Origin: Candidatus Harrisonbacteria bacterium
Lineage (GTDB): Bacteria; Patescibacteriota; Minisyncoccia; UBA6257; 02-FULL-45-10c
Direction of reading: 5' to 3'
DNA: 64,000 nt
NCBI GenBank assembly: GCA_016192685.1
Contig: JACPTS010000001.1
Span: 33,412-97,411 of the forward strand
Shown here: positions 39,076 through 48,488 of the stretch, piece after piece
Position numbering within the stretch: the stretch's first letter is position 1
Layout of the letters: each line of letters starts with the position of its first letter
Made by a program: the position numbers and the translations under genes
The notes under the pieces: generated by a model
The model's database searches: none
What the model was told of the DNA's origin: nothing
What the model saw: the letters and a program-made list of their open reading frames with translations, nothing else

Positions 39076-39448
39076 TAAAAGCTCGCACGACTTGCATGCC
39101 TTATCCACGCCGCCAGCGTTCATCCTGGACCAGGATCAAATCCTCTAAATAAAAGTCAGTTGCACAGAACCCTCGAACGAGTTCCTAGCAACTAACCTTC
39201 GTATTGGGACAACTAGAAAATTTTCTTTTTTACTTGTAATTTTACTAAATTACTAAATTTTATATATTTAGTTATCAAGCCAGCATGTATTATCTTTAAT
39301 TAGTAAAAATAATACACCTATCTTGCGGTTCGTGGTTTTCACCGAGTCAAACTCGGCTTCACACCAGCGGCAAGATAGATGCATTTAGAACCTATCTAGT
39401 AATCTATGAAATTTTTAAATAAAAACTTATTTCATTAAGGTAGTTCTA

Positions 39449-39476
39449 ATTATATTCATAAACAAAATCATGTCAA
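39449..39476 (-). promoter_or_regulatory. 16S rRNA promoter
   Basis: TTGACA-16 bp-TATAAT about 300 bp upstream of the 16S 5' end. Confidence 0.8.
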
Positions 39477-39484
39477 GAGCCTAT

Positions 39485-39522
39485 CCCCATACCCCTTATT
39501 CGTACGAATAAGGGGTATGGGG
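39485..39522. repeat. Perfect 38-bp palindrome (family D, copy 2)
   Basis: CCCCATACCCCTTATTCGTACGAATAAGGGGTATGGGG. Confidence 0.85.
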
Positions 39523-39523
39523 C

Positions 39524-39557
39524 AAACAAAAAACTGACAAATGTCAGTTTTTTGTTT
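39524..39557. terminator. Bidirectional intrinsic terminator
   Basis: AAACAAAAAACTGACA-AA-TGTCAGTTTTTTGTTT. Confidence 0.6.
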
Positions 39558-39583
39558 TGATGAAAATTCTCGAGAATTTTCTT

Positions 39584-39805
39584 TTAAGCTGCGTTACAAG
39601 TACCGCAGTCCTTGCAGTCAAGTTTAACCGGCACTGAAAGCGTAGCTAAGACTAAAGCGTTCCAATACCAGGCCAGCGGTTCAAGGCCTAATACTAAATT
39701 CTTCAGATAAACCGCTGTCCAGGCCATTACCAAAGACAATGCTCCGGCAGTCCAAAGCGCTTTCCAAAGCAAACATTTCGCAGAATGACTAAGTAAACTT
39801 TTCAT
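39584..39805 (-). CDS. Small two-TM protein with C-terminal CxxCxxC (paralog 1)
   Basis: GLEPLAWYWNALVL shared with 61681..61929. Confidence 0.75.
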   Translation of the reverse strand: MKSLLSHSAKCLLWKALWTAGALSLVMAWTAVYLKNLVLGLEPLAWYWNALVLATLSVPVKLDCKDCGTCNAA

Positions 39806-39854
39806 ATTTTAATAAAAATAATTTCCGACCTTTTGTTAATTTTATTATAGCATA

Positions 39855-39992
39855 TGAAGCTCCACGGCCTTACGGCCGTGGTTTCTCAGCGGAATTCTCC
39901 GAAGCCAACCCTCCTTCGCATAAAGCTTCGGAGGGTTCTCCTCGCCTTCATCCAACGGCCTTACGGCCGTGGTTTTCGGCGAAGGAGAATAA
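39855..39992 (+). mobile_element. Non-autonomous three-hairpin element (family C, copy 2)
   Basis: Homologous to the reverse complement of 1033-1170; ACGGCCTTACGGCCGTGGTTT present twice. Confidence 0.7.
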
Positions 39993-40013
39993 AAAATAAA
40001 AACCTGACCGAAG

Positions 40014-40220
40014 TCAGGGCAAGCAAATCTCGCGAATTTCTAAAAGTTTCGGATTTTCAATTGTCTTGTCATCCGCGTTATTTTTCTTCCATTGCTCAAA
40101 TTCTTGTTTAGCTTCTGCTAAACTTTGCGCCGATAAACGCTGTTCTTCCCCAAATACCACTCCTCCTCCGCCCGAAAGCAATTTTAATCTGCCAAAATGA
40201 ACCCGGTAAGAAAGAATCAT
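40014..40220 (-). CDS. Hypothetical protein
   Basis: 68 aa ORF. Confidence 0.4.
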   Translation of the reverse strand: MILSYRVHFGRLKLLSGGGGVVFGEEQRLSAQSLAEAKQEFEQWKKNNADDKTIENPKLLEIREICLP

Positions 40221-40315
40221 GGCGCTTATCCGCGGTTTACAAACATCACTATCAAAATAGTAATCCGGCTAATCCAACTTGTCAAACAAAAAAATATCCT
40301 ATATAATATCTAAAT

Positions 40316-40573
40316 ATGAAAACCGATATTCACCCGCAATATTTTCCAAAAGCAAAAGTAAAATGCGCCTGCGGCACGATTTTTGAGGTTGGCTCAACCA
40401 AAGCCGAACTTCAGGTAGAAATCTGTTCTAACTGCCATCCGTTCTTTACCGGTAAAGAAAAGCTGATTGACACCGCCGGAAAAGTGGAGAAGTTCAAAGC
40501 ACGCCGCGCCAAAGCCGCGGAAAAACCAAAAGCGCAGAAAAAGCCGAGAGTGAAGAAACAGAAAAAATCTTAA
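40316..40573 (+). CDS. rpmE: 50S ribosomal protein bL31 (Zn-binding type)
   Basis: [23 protein letters not shown]. Confidence 0.97.
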   Translation: MKTDIHPQYFPKAKVKCACGTIFEVGSTKAELQVEICSNCHPFFTGKEKLIDTAGKVEKFKARRAKAAEKPKAQKKPRVKKQKKS

Positions 40574-40653
40574 TTTTTTCAAATAACGAATCATGAATAA
40601 TGAATCATGGGAAATTTTTTATCCCTAATTCATAATTCCTAATTCATAATTCC

Positions 40654-41376
40654 ATGATCCAGAAGATTATCTTAGAAATCCGTGCCGGCGCCGGGGGCGA
40701 TGAAGCCTCAATTTTTGCCGGCGACCTGGCCAGAATGTACCAGCGCTACGCCGCCACTCGCGGCTGGAAATTTTCTATTTTAGATACCAGTCCCGGAACC
40801 ATCGGCGGCTATAAAACTTTTATAAGCCGGGCGGAAGGTGAAGGAATTTATGATGCCTTAAAACAAGAATCCGGAGTGCATCGGGTGCAAAGAATTCCAG
40901 CGACCGAAAAAGCCGGCCGGGTTCACACTTCCACCGCCACCGTAGCCATTCTGCCGGTGGTAGAGCCAAAAGAAGTAAATATTAACCAGGGCGACTTGGA
41001 AATTACTTTTTCCCGCGCCGGCGGCCCGGGCGGACAGAATGTAAATAAAATTGAATCCGCAGTGCGGATTTTACATAAACCCACCGGCATTGTCGTTTCC
41101 TGCCGGCAAGAGCGAAATCAGCACGCCAACCGCGAACGGGCAATGGAAGTTCTCCGCGCGAAACTTTATGAAATCCAGCAATCAAAAGAGGTTGGCGATA
41201 TTACCGCCGCCCGCCGCGAACAAGTCGGCAGTGCCGACCGCTCGGAAAAAATCCGGACTTATAATTTCCCAGACGACCGCATAACCGACCACCGATTTAA
41301 CGTTAAAGTGCATAACATAGAAAAGGTTTTGGAAGGAGATCTGGACGCGCTTTTAAAGAAAATAAATAAAATCTAG
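40654..41376 (+). CDS. prfA: Peptide chain release factor 1 lacking N-terminal domain 1
   Basis: EIRAGAGGDEA, ESGVHRVQRIPATE (PxT), GGPGGQ, RSEKIRTYN; directly after rpmE. Confidence 0.85.
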   Translation: MIQKIILEIRAGAGGDEASIFAGDLARMYQRYAATRGWKFSILDTSPGTIGGYKTFISRAEGEGIYDALKQESGVHRVQRIPATEKAGRVHTSTATVAILPVVEPKEVNINQGDLEITFSRAGGPGGQNVNKIESAVRILHKPTGIVVSCRQERNQHANRERAMEVLRAKLYEIQQSKEVGDITAARREQVGSADRSEKIRTYNFPDDRITDHRFNVKVHNIEKVLEGDLDALLKKINKI

Positions 41377-42797
41377 CTATTAAGTATGTCTATATCTTTC
41401 TGAAATCTCTCCGCTTGCGTTACTACCCGGTCGCCGTAAGTCCACAAATAAGTCCGCCAGCGGCCGCCGGCATAATACCGCGCCGCGGCAATTCGTTCAT
41501 TGGCAAGCGAAGCATTGGCCGCTCCGGAATCTTTAAGATATAAAGCTGTTCCCATAAAAGCGTCAGAATTCCGCCAGGGAGAAGGTGGGTTGCTTCCGGT
41601 CACTTCCGCGATTTTAGGCGAATAAAGTTTCCAGGTAGACGGAATAAATTGCGCCGGGCCCATGGCGCCGCCATAAAGGCCGTCGCGGTTCGGACAGGAA
41701 ACTGTTACTGTTTCCGGTTTAATGCCTAATTCGCTAATTAATGCCAAAAATATTGGCACATCTCGCGTCGGGTGCATAGCTTTTTGATAGGTGCAACGGC
41801 CAACATTCTGGCCAAGCGCCGATTCTTTGTCCAATACCGCCAAAGTCAAAGCTGCCCGCACGCCGGTTGCCTGCTCGGCGAATTTGGCAAATTCATAGGC
41901 CTCCTCAAAAGTAAGTTCGCCGCCGCCTAAAAATTCAAAAATCCGGCTGCGAATTTGAGCGGCGGTTTTCTGAGTTTCTTTCAAAAGCGCTTGATATTTT
42001 TGCTCATTGCCCTTAGTGGTTTTTAGCACTTCCGCCTTATCGCCTTTGACGGAATTTAAAGCCGCGCGCTGGGAATCCTGGTAAGCTTTCAACTGTTCGG
42101 TGTCATTCTTTTTAATTGCCAGCGTTTCTTTTTTGTCCAGCAAATCCTCACGCAGCCGAACCACTTTCTCCAAAGTTACCCGCAAACTTTCCTGAATATT
42201 GATTAAATCATTAACATTGGCGAAAAAATCGGAAAGCCGCGGCTGGCGAAGCAAAATTTCCGCCATACTGATACTTTCATTTTCATAAATATTTTGAAGC
42301 GAGCGGGTGAGAACGGCTTTATTTTGTTCAATTTTTTGCTCGGTGGTTAAAATTTGACTTTTATTAACCGTGATTTCTTTATCTAATTTTTGAAGCGATA
42401 AATTAACCGCCTTAATCTGCAAGGTTAATTTATTAATTTGGGCGTTCAATCGGTTAATTTCCGATTGCAAACTTTTCCCTTGAGTTTTGTATTTATCTAC
42501 CGTAGCTTGATATTCATCAATTTGTTTTTCCAGCTCCTCCAGCTGCTTTTCCAATTGCTGGCGTTCTTCATCGCTTTGAGCGGCCAGCGATAACTGATTC
42601 TGGCTGACCGGCGCCAGCGCCGAACCGAATACCAAATAAGAAAAAACGCCGAAAATAACCAGCGCTTTTGAAATAGTAATAAAAGGCAGCCGCAAAATCC
42701 GGTTTTGGTTAAGATTAACTATTTTGTTCAAATTTAAAAGCCGGCCCCGGCTCCCTATTGAATACAAATCCCGCAAAACTTTAGGCTTTGGTCTCAT
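41373..42797 (-). CDS. Coiled-coil protein with lytic transglycosylase domain
   Basis: TM, long PcsB-like coiled coil, KES..GAMGPAQFIPSTW. Confidence 0.85.
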   Translation of the reverse strand: MRPKPKVLRDLYSIGSRGRLLNLNKIVNLNQNRILRLPFITISKALVIFGVFSYLVFGSALAPVSQNQLSLAAQSDEERQQLEKQLEELEKQIDEYQATVDKYKTQGKSLQSEINRLNAQINKLTLQIKAVNLSLQKLDKEITVNKSQILTTEQKIEQNKAVLTRSLQNIYENESISMAEILLRQPRLSDFFANVNDLINIQESLRVTLEKVVRLREDLLDKKETLAIKKNDTEQLKAYQDSQRAALNSVKGDKAEVLKTTKGNEQKYQALLKETQKTAAQIRSRIFEFLGGGELTFEEAYEFAKFAEQATGVRAALTLAVLDKESALGQNVGRCTYQKAMHPTRDVPIFLALISELGIKPETVTVSCPNRDGLYGGAMGPAQFIPSTWKLYSPKIAEVTGSNPPSPWRNSDAFMGTALYLKDSGAANASLANERIAAARYYAGGRWRTYLWTYGDRVVTQAERFQKDIDILNS

Positions 42798-42910
42798 ATA
42801 ATAATTATAACTTAAAGCTCTGCCTCTCTGCCTACCGGCATCGGAGTCCGCTTGCCGCTGGAGCGAGCGAACCGCGGTTCTCATAGAAATATACTGGCTG
42901 GTTTTCTAAA

Positions 42911-43654
42911 TTATTTTTTAGATTGTTCTTTAGCAGTAGTCTTGGAAGCTTCTTTTGCTGGCGCGGATTTTGCTTCGGCGGCCGGAGTGGCTGCTTCGCC
43001 AGTGGCCGCTTTCCCAGCTTCCCTTTCAGCTTTCTTTTCTTCCGTCTCCACTTTCAAACCTTCCACTCCGGCGGTAGCGGCTTGCTGCATCGCCAGCTCT
43101 TCTTCTTCAGTAACTTTCGCAGTCGCAGTCACAACCACGGTTTCCGGATTAACCAAAACTTTCACGCCAGCCGGCACGGCTAAATCTTTTACATAAATAC
43201 TCTGGCCGATATCCGCCAATTTAGAAATATCCACGGTGAGATGGTGCGGCAAATCAACGGGTAAAGCTTCCACTTCTAATTCCTGAAGCGCTTTTACCAA
43301 AAGCCCGTTTTTTTCTTTCACTGCCGGCGCCACGCCGACAAATTCCATCGGCACTTTCACTTTTAATTTTTCGTCCATCCGCACCTGATATAAATCCACG
43401 CTCTGCATTTCATCGGTAACCGGATCATAAGAAACATCCTGTATTAAAACCGGATGTTTTTTGCCTTCCAATAAAACTTGCACCACGGTATTTTCTCCGG
43501 CAGCTTTAAAAACTTTCCGGAATTCTTTTAATGGCACGCTTAAATGAAGATTTTCCAATCCCCTGCCATAAAGCTCCGCCGGCACTAAACCATCATTCCG
43601 AAGCGCTTTCACGCCGCGGCCCAATTTTCCCCGTTTTTGTACACTAAGTTCCAT
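42911..43654 (-). CDS. rplY: 50S ribosomal protein bL25/Ctc
   Basis: LRNDGLVPAELYG, VEALPVDLP. Confidence 0.95.
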   Translation of the reverse strand: MELSVQKRGKLGRGVKALRNDGLVPAELYGRGLENLHLSVPLKEFRKVFKAAGENTVVQVLLEGKKHPVLIQDVSYDPVTDEMQSVDLYQVRMDEKLKVKVPMEFVGVAPAVKEKNGLLVKALQELEVEALPVDLPHHLTVDISKLADIGQSIYVKDLAVPAGVKVLVNPETVVVTATAKVTEEEELAMQQAATAGVEGLKVETEEKKAEREAGKAATGEAATPAAEAKSAPAKEASKTTAKEQSKK

Positions 43655-43700
43655 AAAGAATATTGAATAATAATAACAAATCTGCCCGATAAGTCAATAA

Positions 43701-44225
43701 TTAGTAAGTAATTAAAGAACGGATGGGATAATCTCTCAGCTGTTTCCGGCCGCCCAATCCGCCAATTTCCAGCAAAAATCCCAGGCCGACTATCTCACCG
43801 CCAAGCTGATTTACCATCCGGACTGCCGCGCCAGCAGTGCCGCCGGTTGCCAAAACATCATCAATAATAATAACCCGCTCTCCCTTTTTAATAGCGTCAA
43901 TATGTATTTCCATTTTGGTTCTTCCGTATTCTAAATCAAATTCTTCAACAATAGTTTGGTGAGGCAATTTCCCTTTTTTTCTCATAATTGCTTGTCCGGC
44001 TCCCAGAAGATAAGCTACCGGCGCCGCCAGCAAAAAACCCCTGGCATCAATGCCCACTACTTTATCAACTTTTTCATCTTTAAAAAAAGCCGTTAACTCG
44101 TCAATAATTTCTCTGAATGCCTTCTGGTCTTCCAGCAATGGCGTGATATCCCTGAATTTCACCCCTGGGATAGGAAAATTATCCACCTCTCGGATTTTAG
44201 CTTTGTATTTATTTAAATCCATCAC
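43701..44225 (-). CDS. apt: Adenine phosphoribosyltransferase
   Basis: FPIPGVKFRDITPL, DARGF, RKKGKLP, DDVLATGGT. Confidence 0.96.
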   Translation of the reverse strand: MMDLNKYKAKIREVDNFPIPGVKFRDITPLLEDQKAFREIIDELTAFFKDEKVDKVVGIDARGFLLAAPVAYLLGAGQAIMRKKGKLPHQTIVEEFDLEYGRTKMEIHIDAIKKGERVIIIDDVLATGGTAGAAVRMVNQLGGEIVGLGFLLEIGGLGGRKQLRDYPIRSLITY

Positions 44226-44228
44226 CTT

Positions 44229-45095
44229 TTATTTCTTATTAAAAAGCTTCAATCTAGTTTTTACTGCCTCTTTAACGTCTAAAACCGATTTTGCCAATAA
44301 TCTATACGGCGCAATTTCTTCGGGATTTTCTTTTAATTCTTGCTCTAAACCATTTCTCCAAGCCACCCGAAGTTCAGTGCTGATATGAATAATACTCACC
44401 CCGGCATCAATCGCCGCCAGAAAATCTTCATCAGTATTTCCGGAGCCGCCGTGTAAAACTAATGGCACGCCAGCCGCTTTCCGGATGGCACGGATTCTTT
44501 CAATATCTAATCGCGGCTCTGGAGCATCTTTAAACATACCATGCAGGTTCCCTACTGCCGGCGCCAGCATATCCACGCCGGTTTCTTTCACGAACCACGC
44601 CGCATCTTCCGGCTTAGTTAAGTCCTCGGGTTTAATTGCCGCGCCTTTTGGCAATTCTTTTCTAATTATTGAACCACTGCCGATATTGCCAAGCTCGCCC
44701 TCAACTAAAATTTTCGGGTTTTTAGATTTTACGTACTGAACCACCTTTTTAGTCTGTTTGATATTTTCTGCAAGCGGCAAAGTACCGCCGTCAAAAAGAA
44801 TAGCGTCATAGCCGGTAGCCACGGCTTTTTTTATTTCCTCAAAAGATTTGGTATGGTCAGAATTCAAAAAAATCGGAAATTTATATTCCTCCCGCAGACT
44901 TTTCACCAACGCTACCGCTTGTTTCCGGCCTAAAAATCCAGCCTCGCCTTCCGAAGTACCAATAATTACCGGTACACCTAAATCTTTGGCCACCTCAAAA
45001 ATCGCCTTTAATTGCGATGTCTCGGCAACATTAAAATGCCCGATTGCTACTTTCTTTTTTTCTGTTTCTTTTAAAAGTTTTTTCAAAGTTTTCAT
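44229..45095 (-). CDS. fba: Class II fructose-bisphosphate aldolase
   Basis: NSDH, VEGELG, GNLHG, LVLHGGSG. Confidence 0.93.
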   Translation of the reverse strand: MKTLKKLLKETEKKKVAIGHFNVAETSQLKAIFEVAKDLGVPVIIGTSEGEAGFLGRKQAVALVKSLREEYKFPIFLNSDHTKSFEEIKKAVATGYDAILFDGGTLPLAENIKQTKKVVQYVKSKNPKILVEGELGNIGSGSIIRKELPKGAAIKPEDLTKPEDAAWFVKETGVDMLAPAVGNLHGMFKDAPEPRLDIERIRAIRKAAGVPLVLHGGSGNTDEDFLAAIDAGVSIIHISTELRVAWRNGLEQELKENPEEIAPYRLLAKSVLDVKEAVKTRLKLFNKK

Positions 45096-45139
45096 ATCGT
45101 TAATAATAACAAAATTATCCGCATTATTAAAATAAGTAA

Positions 45140-46525
45140 TTATTTTTTATTTCTATCAGAAATATCTTTTATAATTTTTCGTAAAGATTTTTCCGCGGCT
45201 TCCAATTCTTTCATAATTTTCCTCAACAAATCCCTTTCTTCATCAACCAGCATGCGGTTAAGAGTTAATTCTTCCAATCTTTCAAATTGCTTTTCAAAAG
45301 TTTCGCTTAAATCATCGAAAATTTTATCCGCCTGCTTTTCCGCTTCTAAAACTTTATGCTGGATTTTTCTCCTTGTTTGATTCCAAATTATAAACGCAAA
45401 AAGGATTAAAATTACAGCCATCGCTATTGCGATTCTTAAGTAATTCCAGTGCCGGGATTTTATAATCAAAAGATCGCTTACTTCAATTGAATTACCAGCC
45501 CTATCAAAAACTTTTACGATAATTTGATGCTCTCCGGTCGGCTGCGGCGGCAAGACATAAAAACCTTTATTCTGTTTTAATTTTTGGGCATTAAAGAAAT
45601 TTCCTTCGTCTATTTTTATTTCATAGCGGTCAACTCCGCAAAGAGCGTCCGTAGTTGAAAAACCGATGCGCGGCTCTGATTCAAAAGTTTCCCGGCCATC
45701 CGGAAATTGAATTATAAAAGATTCCGGCGGTACCGTATCAATTTGAACGCGATAATGCCCCGCCTTCCCCCAGCCTCGCGCGTTTCTAAACTGAACGTGA
45801 AAATACCATACGCCGTCCTGGACGCCGCCAAGCTCTCTTTCAAAAATCGGAGGTTCATAAACTAAAATCGGCTGGGTATCTGAAAACTGGTCATAAAGCA
45901 CCTTTACCGCAGTCACGTCTTTGGGAAGTTCCCAGATGAATTTCGGATTATTATTTGAATACCAAGAATTTTGATCCGGATGAGTTAAGGAAGTAATGGC
46001 TGGCTTGATTGGCAAAGCCAGCGGCGCCAGTGCCGGTTTTGACGGTAAAATAGGCGGAATAAATCTCCAATTGGCGCCTAAAGCGCCGCCAAAAATATTG
46101 GTTCCCAAACCATCGGCAAGAAGAATTCTCGCGCTGCTGAAATTTAAAGCTCCCTCCCCTGCCTGTTTTACGTGAAAAGTAACAGATAAAACTTCGCCTT
46201 GCGAGCCGGAAAAAGGAGTGGTGTTGCCGCCGGCAAAAGTAATAAGGCCCTTTGAATTATCAAAAGCCGGCTCTACCGGCCAAAGCGAAAATATGGAACC
46301 GGACCTCGCAATGGAAGCCACCCGCAAATAGGATGCCGGAAAATTAATGGTCGCTTCCGCCGCGTTAATGGCATTGCCTCCGGAATGGACATAAACCGAA
46401 GTTTTAATAGTTTGTCCCACGCTGAATTCGCCGCTAGCCGGCGATATGCTATAGGTGCCGCCGGCGGCCAAAACCATTTCAAAAATTAAAAGGAAGGATG
46501 TTGCTGAAAAAATCAATTTTTTCAT
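45140..46525 (-). CDS. Cohesin-domain surface protein with Ig-like domains, TM and coiled coil
   Basis: AINAAEATINFP..SIFSLW..P cohesin-like; SLTHPDQNSWY; IDTVPP. Confidence 0.75.
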   Translation of the reverse strand: MKKLIFSATSFLLIFEMVLAAGGTYSISPASGEFSVGQTIKTSVYVHSGGNAINAAEATINFPASYLRVASIARSGSIFSLWPVEPAFDNSKGLITFAGGNTTPFSGSQGEVLSVTFHVKQAGEGALNFSSARILLADGLGTNIFGGALGANWRFIPPILPSKPALAPLALPIKPAITSLTHPDQNSWYSNNNPKFIWELPKDVTAVKVLYDQFSDTQPILVYEPPIFERELGGVQDGVWYFHVQFRNARGWGKAGHYRVQIDTVPPESFIIQFPDGRETFESEPRIGFSTTDALCGVDRYEIKIDEGNFFNAQKLKQNKGFYVLPPQPTGEHQIIVKVFDRAGNSIEVSDLLIIKSRHWNYLRIAIAMAVILILFAFIIWNQTRRKIQHKVLEAEKQADKIFDDLSETFEKQFERLEELTLNRMLVDEERDLLRKIMKELEAAEKSLRKIIKDISDRNKK

Positions 46526-47391
46526 AATTTGCGGACAATAAAAATTGCTGCCAAAATAACTAAGAAAATAATCAAGTAAAATAAGTATGGGCTTTCAATT
46601 TGCACCGCGGCTTCTCCAATGGTTTCATTACCGGCCTTATCTATTGCTTTTACTTGTATTAAAATATCGCCTTTTTGATTTTCCAATACATAAGGACTGG
46701 TAACAATTTTCCAGCCCCCCGCCTTCCCATCTGCTATTTCCCGCAATTCATAACGCTCCAACCCCGATTCGCGGTCTTCAGTTAAAAAAGACACGAAATA
46801 TTTTCCGTCAAAAGCCAACGGGGTCCGGCTGATAATGGGTGAAAAGGCGTCCGGCGGGGCAACATCTTTCGGAAGCGCGAAAATTTTTGGTTTTGTTCCA
46901 ACTGGCGCCAAATTTATTTTAAAAGTAAGAGCTTTCAAACTAAGCTCCGCTTCGTCTCCAGACCCATTATTTAAAAGCATTTTTGAAGTGGAAAGAAATT
47001 TTAAAGTCGCTTCGCCGATATTTTTTGCCCTAAAATATATTTTAGTAATAAGGCCGTTTTGACCCTGAAATCCTGGATTAGGCAGTCCTCCTGCCATAGA
47101 AATAGTTCCCAAGACATTGGAAAATGACGGTTCTTTCGGCCACAAACTTAAAATTGAACCGACTTTATCAAATGTGACAACCTCCAATAAATTAGCTGGG
47201 AAATTAAGGTCCGCTTGAACCGCGTTAATTGCTTCGCCGAAACTTCTAATTCGGATTTCCGCTGGGAAAACATCATTTTGGTAAATTGGCTGGCTGGGCA
47301 ACTGAATATAAAGCTCCGCGGCTTGAACTAAATTTAAACCAAAAGCGGCAGAGAAAAACATAATTAAAAATTGTATTTTCATATTTTTCAT
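46522..47391 (-). CDS. Cohesin-domain surface protein with C-terminal TM
   Basis: AINAVQADLNFP..SILSLW..P; VKAIDKAGN. Confidence 0.75.
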   Translation of the reverse strand: MKNMKIQFLIMFFSAAFGLNLVQAAELYIQLPSQPIYQNDVFPAEIRIRSFGEAINAVQADLNFPANLLEVVTFDKVGSILSLWPKEPSFSNVLGTISMAGGLPNPGFQGQNGLITKIYFRAKNIGEATLKFLSTSKMLLNNGSGDEAELSLKALTFKINLAPVGTKPKIFALPKDVAPPDAFSPIISRTPLAFDGKYFVSFLTEDRESGLERYELREIADGKAGGWKIVTSPYVLENQKGDILIQVKAIDKAGNETIGEAAVQIESPYLFYLIIFLVILAAIFIVRKL

Positions 47392-47395
47392 GATT

Positions 47396-48241
47396 TTAAC
47401 CGGTCCACCAATAAAGCATTATGCTGAAATCTATTAAATCCACCTTTCCGTCTTTATTAAAATCTGTCGCCGGATTTTTTGGAATCCCCCAGTTAAATAA
47501 TAAAATACTAAAATCTGTAAGGTCCACGCGACCATCCGAATTTAAATTACCAACTCTTCTTGAAATTGCTGGCGATGGCACTATCGGAAAAAGCCCGCCA
47601 TCTCCTCCACCACCACCTCCTCCGCCAGATGGCGCTGGAGCCGGCGCGGGAGCAGGGGCCGGCGCGGTCGGAGCTGGTTTTTTCGCGGAAACCTCTATCG
47701 GCGCAATGATTGCCACCATAGCATCATCTTCGTCTAAAGTTGCGTTAGAACTATTTTTTGTAGTAACGCGAATTTTGTAAGACCCCGCGGAAGCTGAATT
47801 GGTAATTTGCTTATCGCCGGTTACTCCAAATACAGCGTTAGTTCCGATTCGCACAATAATGGAACTGCCTCCGGAAATCGCATCACTGTCGTTTAAGACA
47901 TAGGTCAACGAACCGCTGGTTCCGGAAACCGCCGTAAATCCAATGGCACTGCCGGCGCCTGACCCGGCGGACGCGGCAAGAGTTTTTTGAGAATTATTAA
48001 TGAGCAAATCAACATCAGTAAAATCAAGGCCAGGAGGAATATTGAAAGCTCCGGATTGCGGAGTAATAATTATTTTTCCGGAAACCGGAACAACTGTTAT
48101 GGTTGTAAATTTAATAGTGTGATTGGCGGCGATTCCCGGTCCGGAATCAAACAATGTATCACTGACTAAATTAAGAGTAGCGGCTTTTACCGCGGCAGTT
48201 AAAAATAATAACGCTATTATTAAAATTTTTTTAAGATTCAT
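47396..48241 (-). CDS. Secreted protein with C-terminal dockerin-like domain
   Basis: Pro/Ala/Gly linker, then GNLNSDGRVDLTDFS and DFNKDGKVDLIDFS duplicated Ca-binding loops. Confidence 0.8.
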   Translation of the reverse strand: MNLKKILIIALLFLTAAVKAATLNLVSDTLFDSGPGIAANHTIKFTTITVVPVSGKIIITPQSGAFNIPPGLDFTDVDLLINNSQKTLAASAGSGAGSAIGFTAVSGTSGSLTYVLNDSDAISGGSSIIVRIGTNAVFGVTGDKQITNSASAGSYKIRVTTKNSSNATLDEDDAMVAIIAPIEVSAKKPAPTAPAPAPAPAPAPSGGGGGGGGDGGLFPIVPSPAISRRVGNLNSDGRVDLTDFSILLFNWGIPKNPATDFNKDGKVDLIDFSIMLYWWTG

Positions 48242-48488
48242 CCTTTATTCTATGCCGATAATCCAAATAAAAGTTTAAAAGAACCAGCGCCAATATAATT
48301 CCCCCGCCGATAAAAATTTGCTTATCCATTTCCGCTTCTTTTTTAAGAAGCTTAGTTTCTTTTTCCTGCAGTTGCTTATTAAGCGTATTGATTGGGTTTG
48401 GGGGTATATCAGTATTTACCCCCACAGCGCTTGCCTTAGAAAATAAAATTAATAAACCGGCTAATATCAGCAATAAATAATTTTTCAT
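48231..48488 (-). CDS. Small membrane protein
   Basis: PNPINTL..coiled coil..TM LNFYLDYR. Confidence 0.6.
   Translation of the reverse strand: MKNYLLLILAGLLILFSKASAVGVNTDIPPNPINTLNKQLQEKETKLLKKEAEMDKQIFIGGGIILALVLLNFYLDYRHRIKDES

Noticed and set aside
39854-40111. 85-aa plus-strand ORF
   Set aside because: Mostly translates the palindromic family C element
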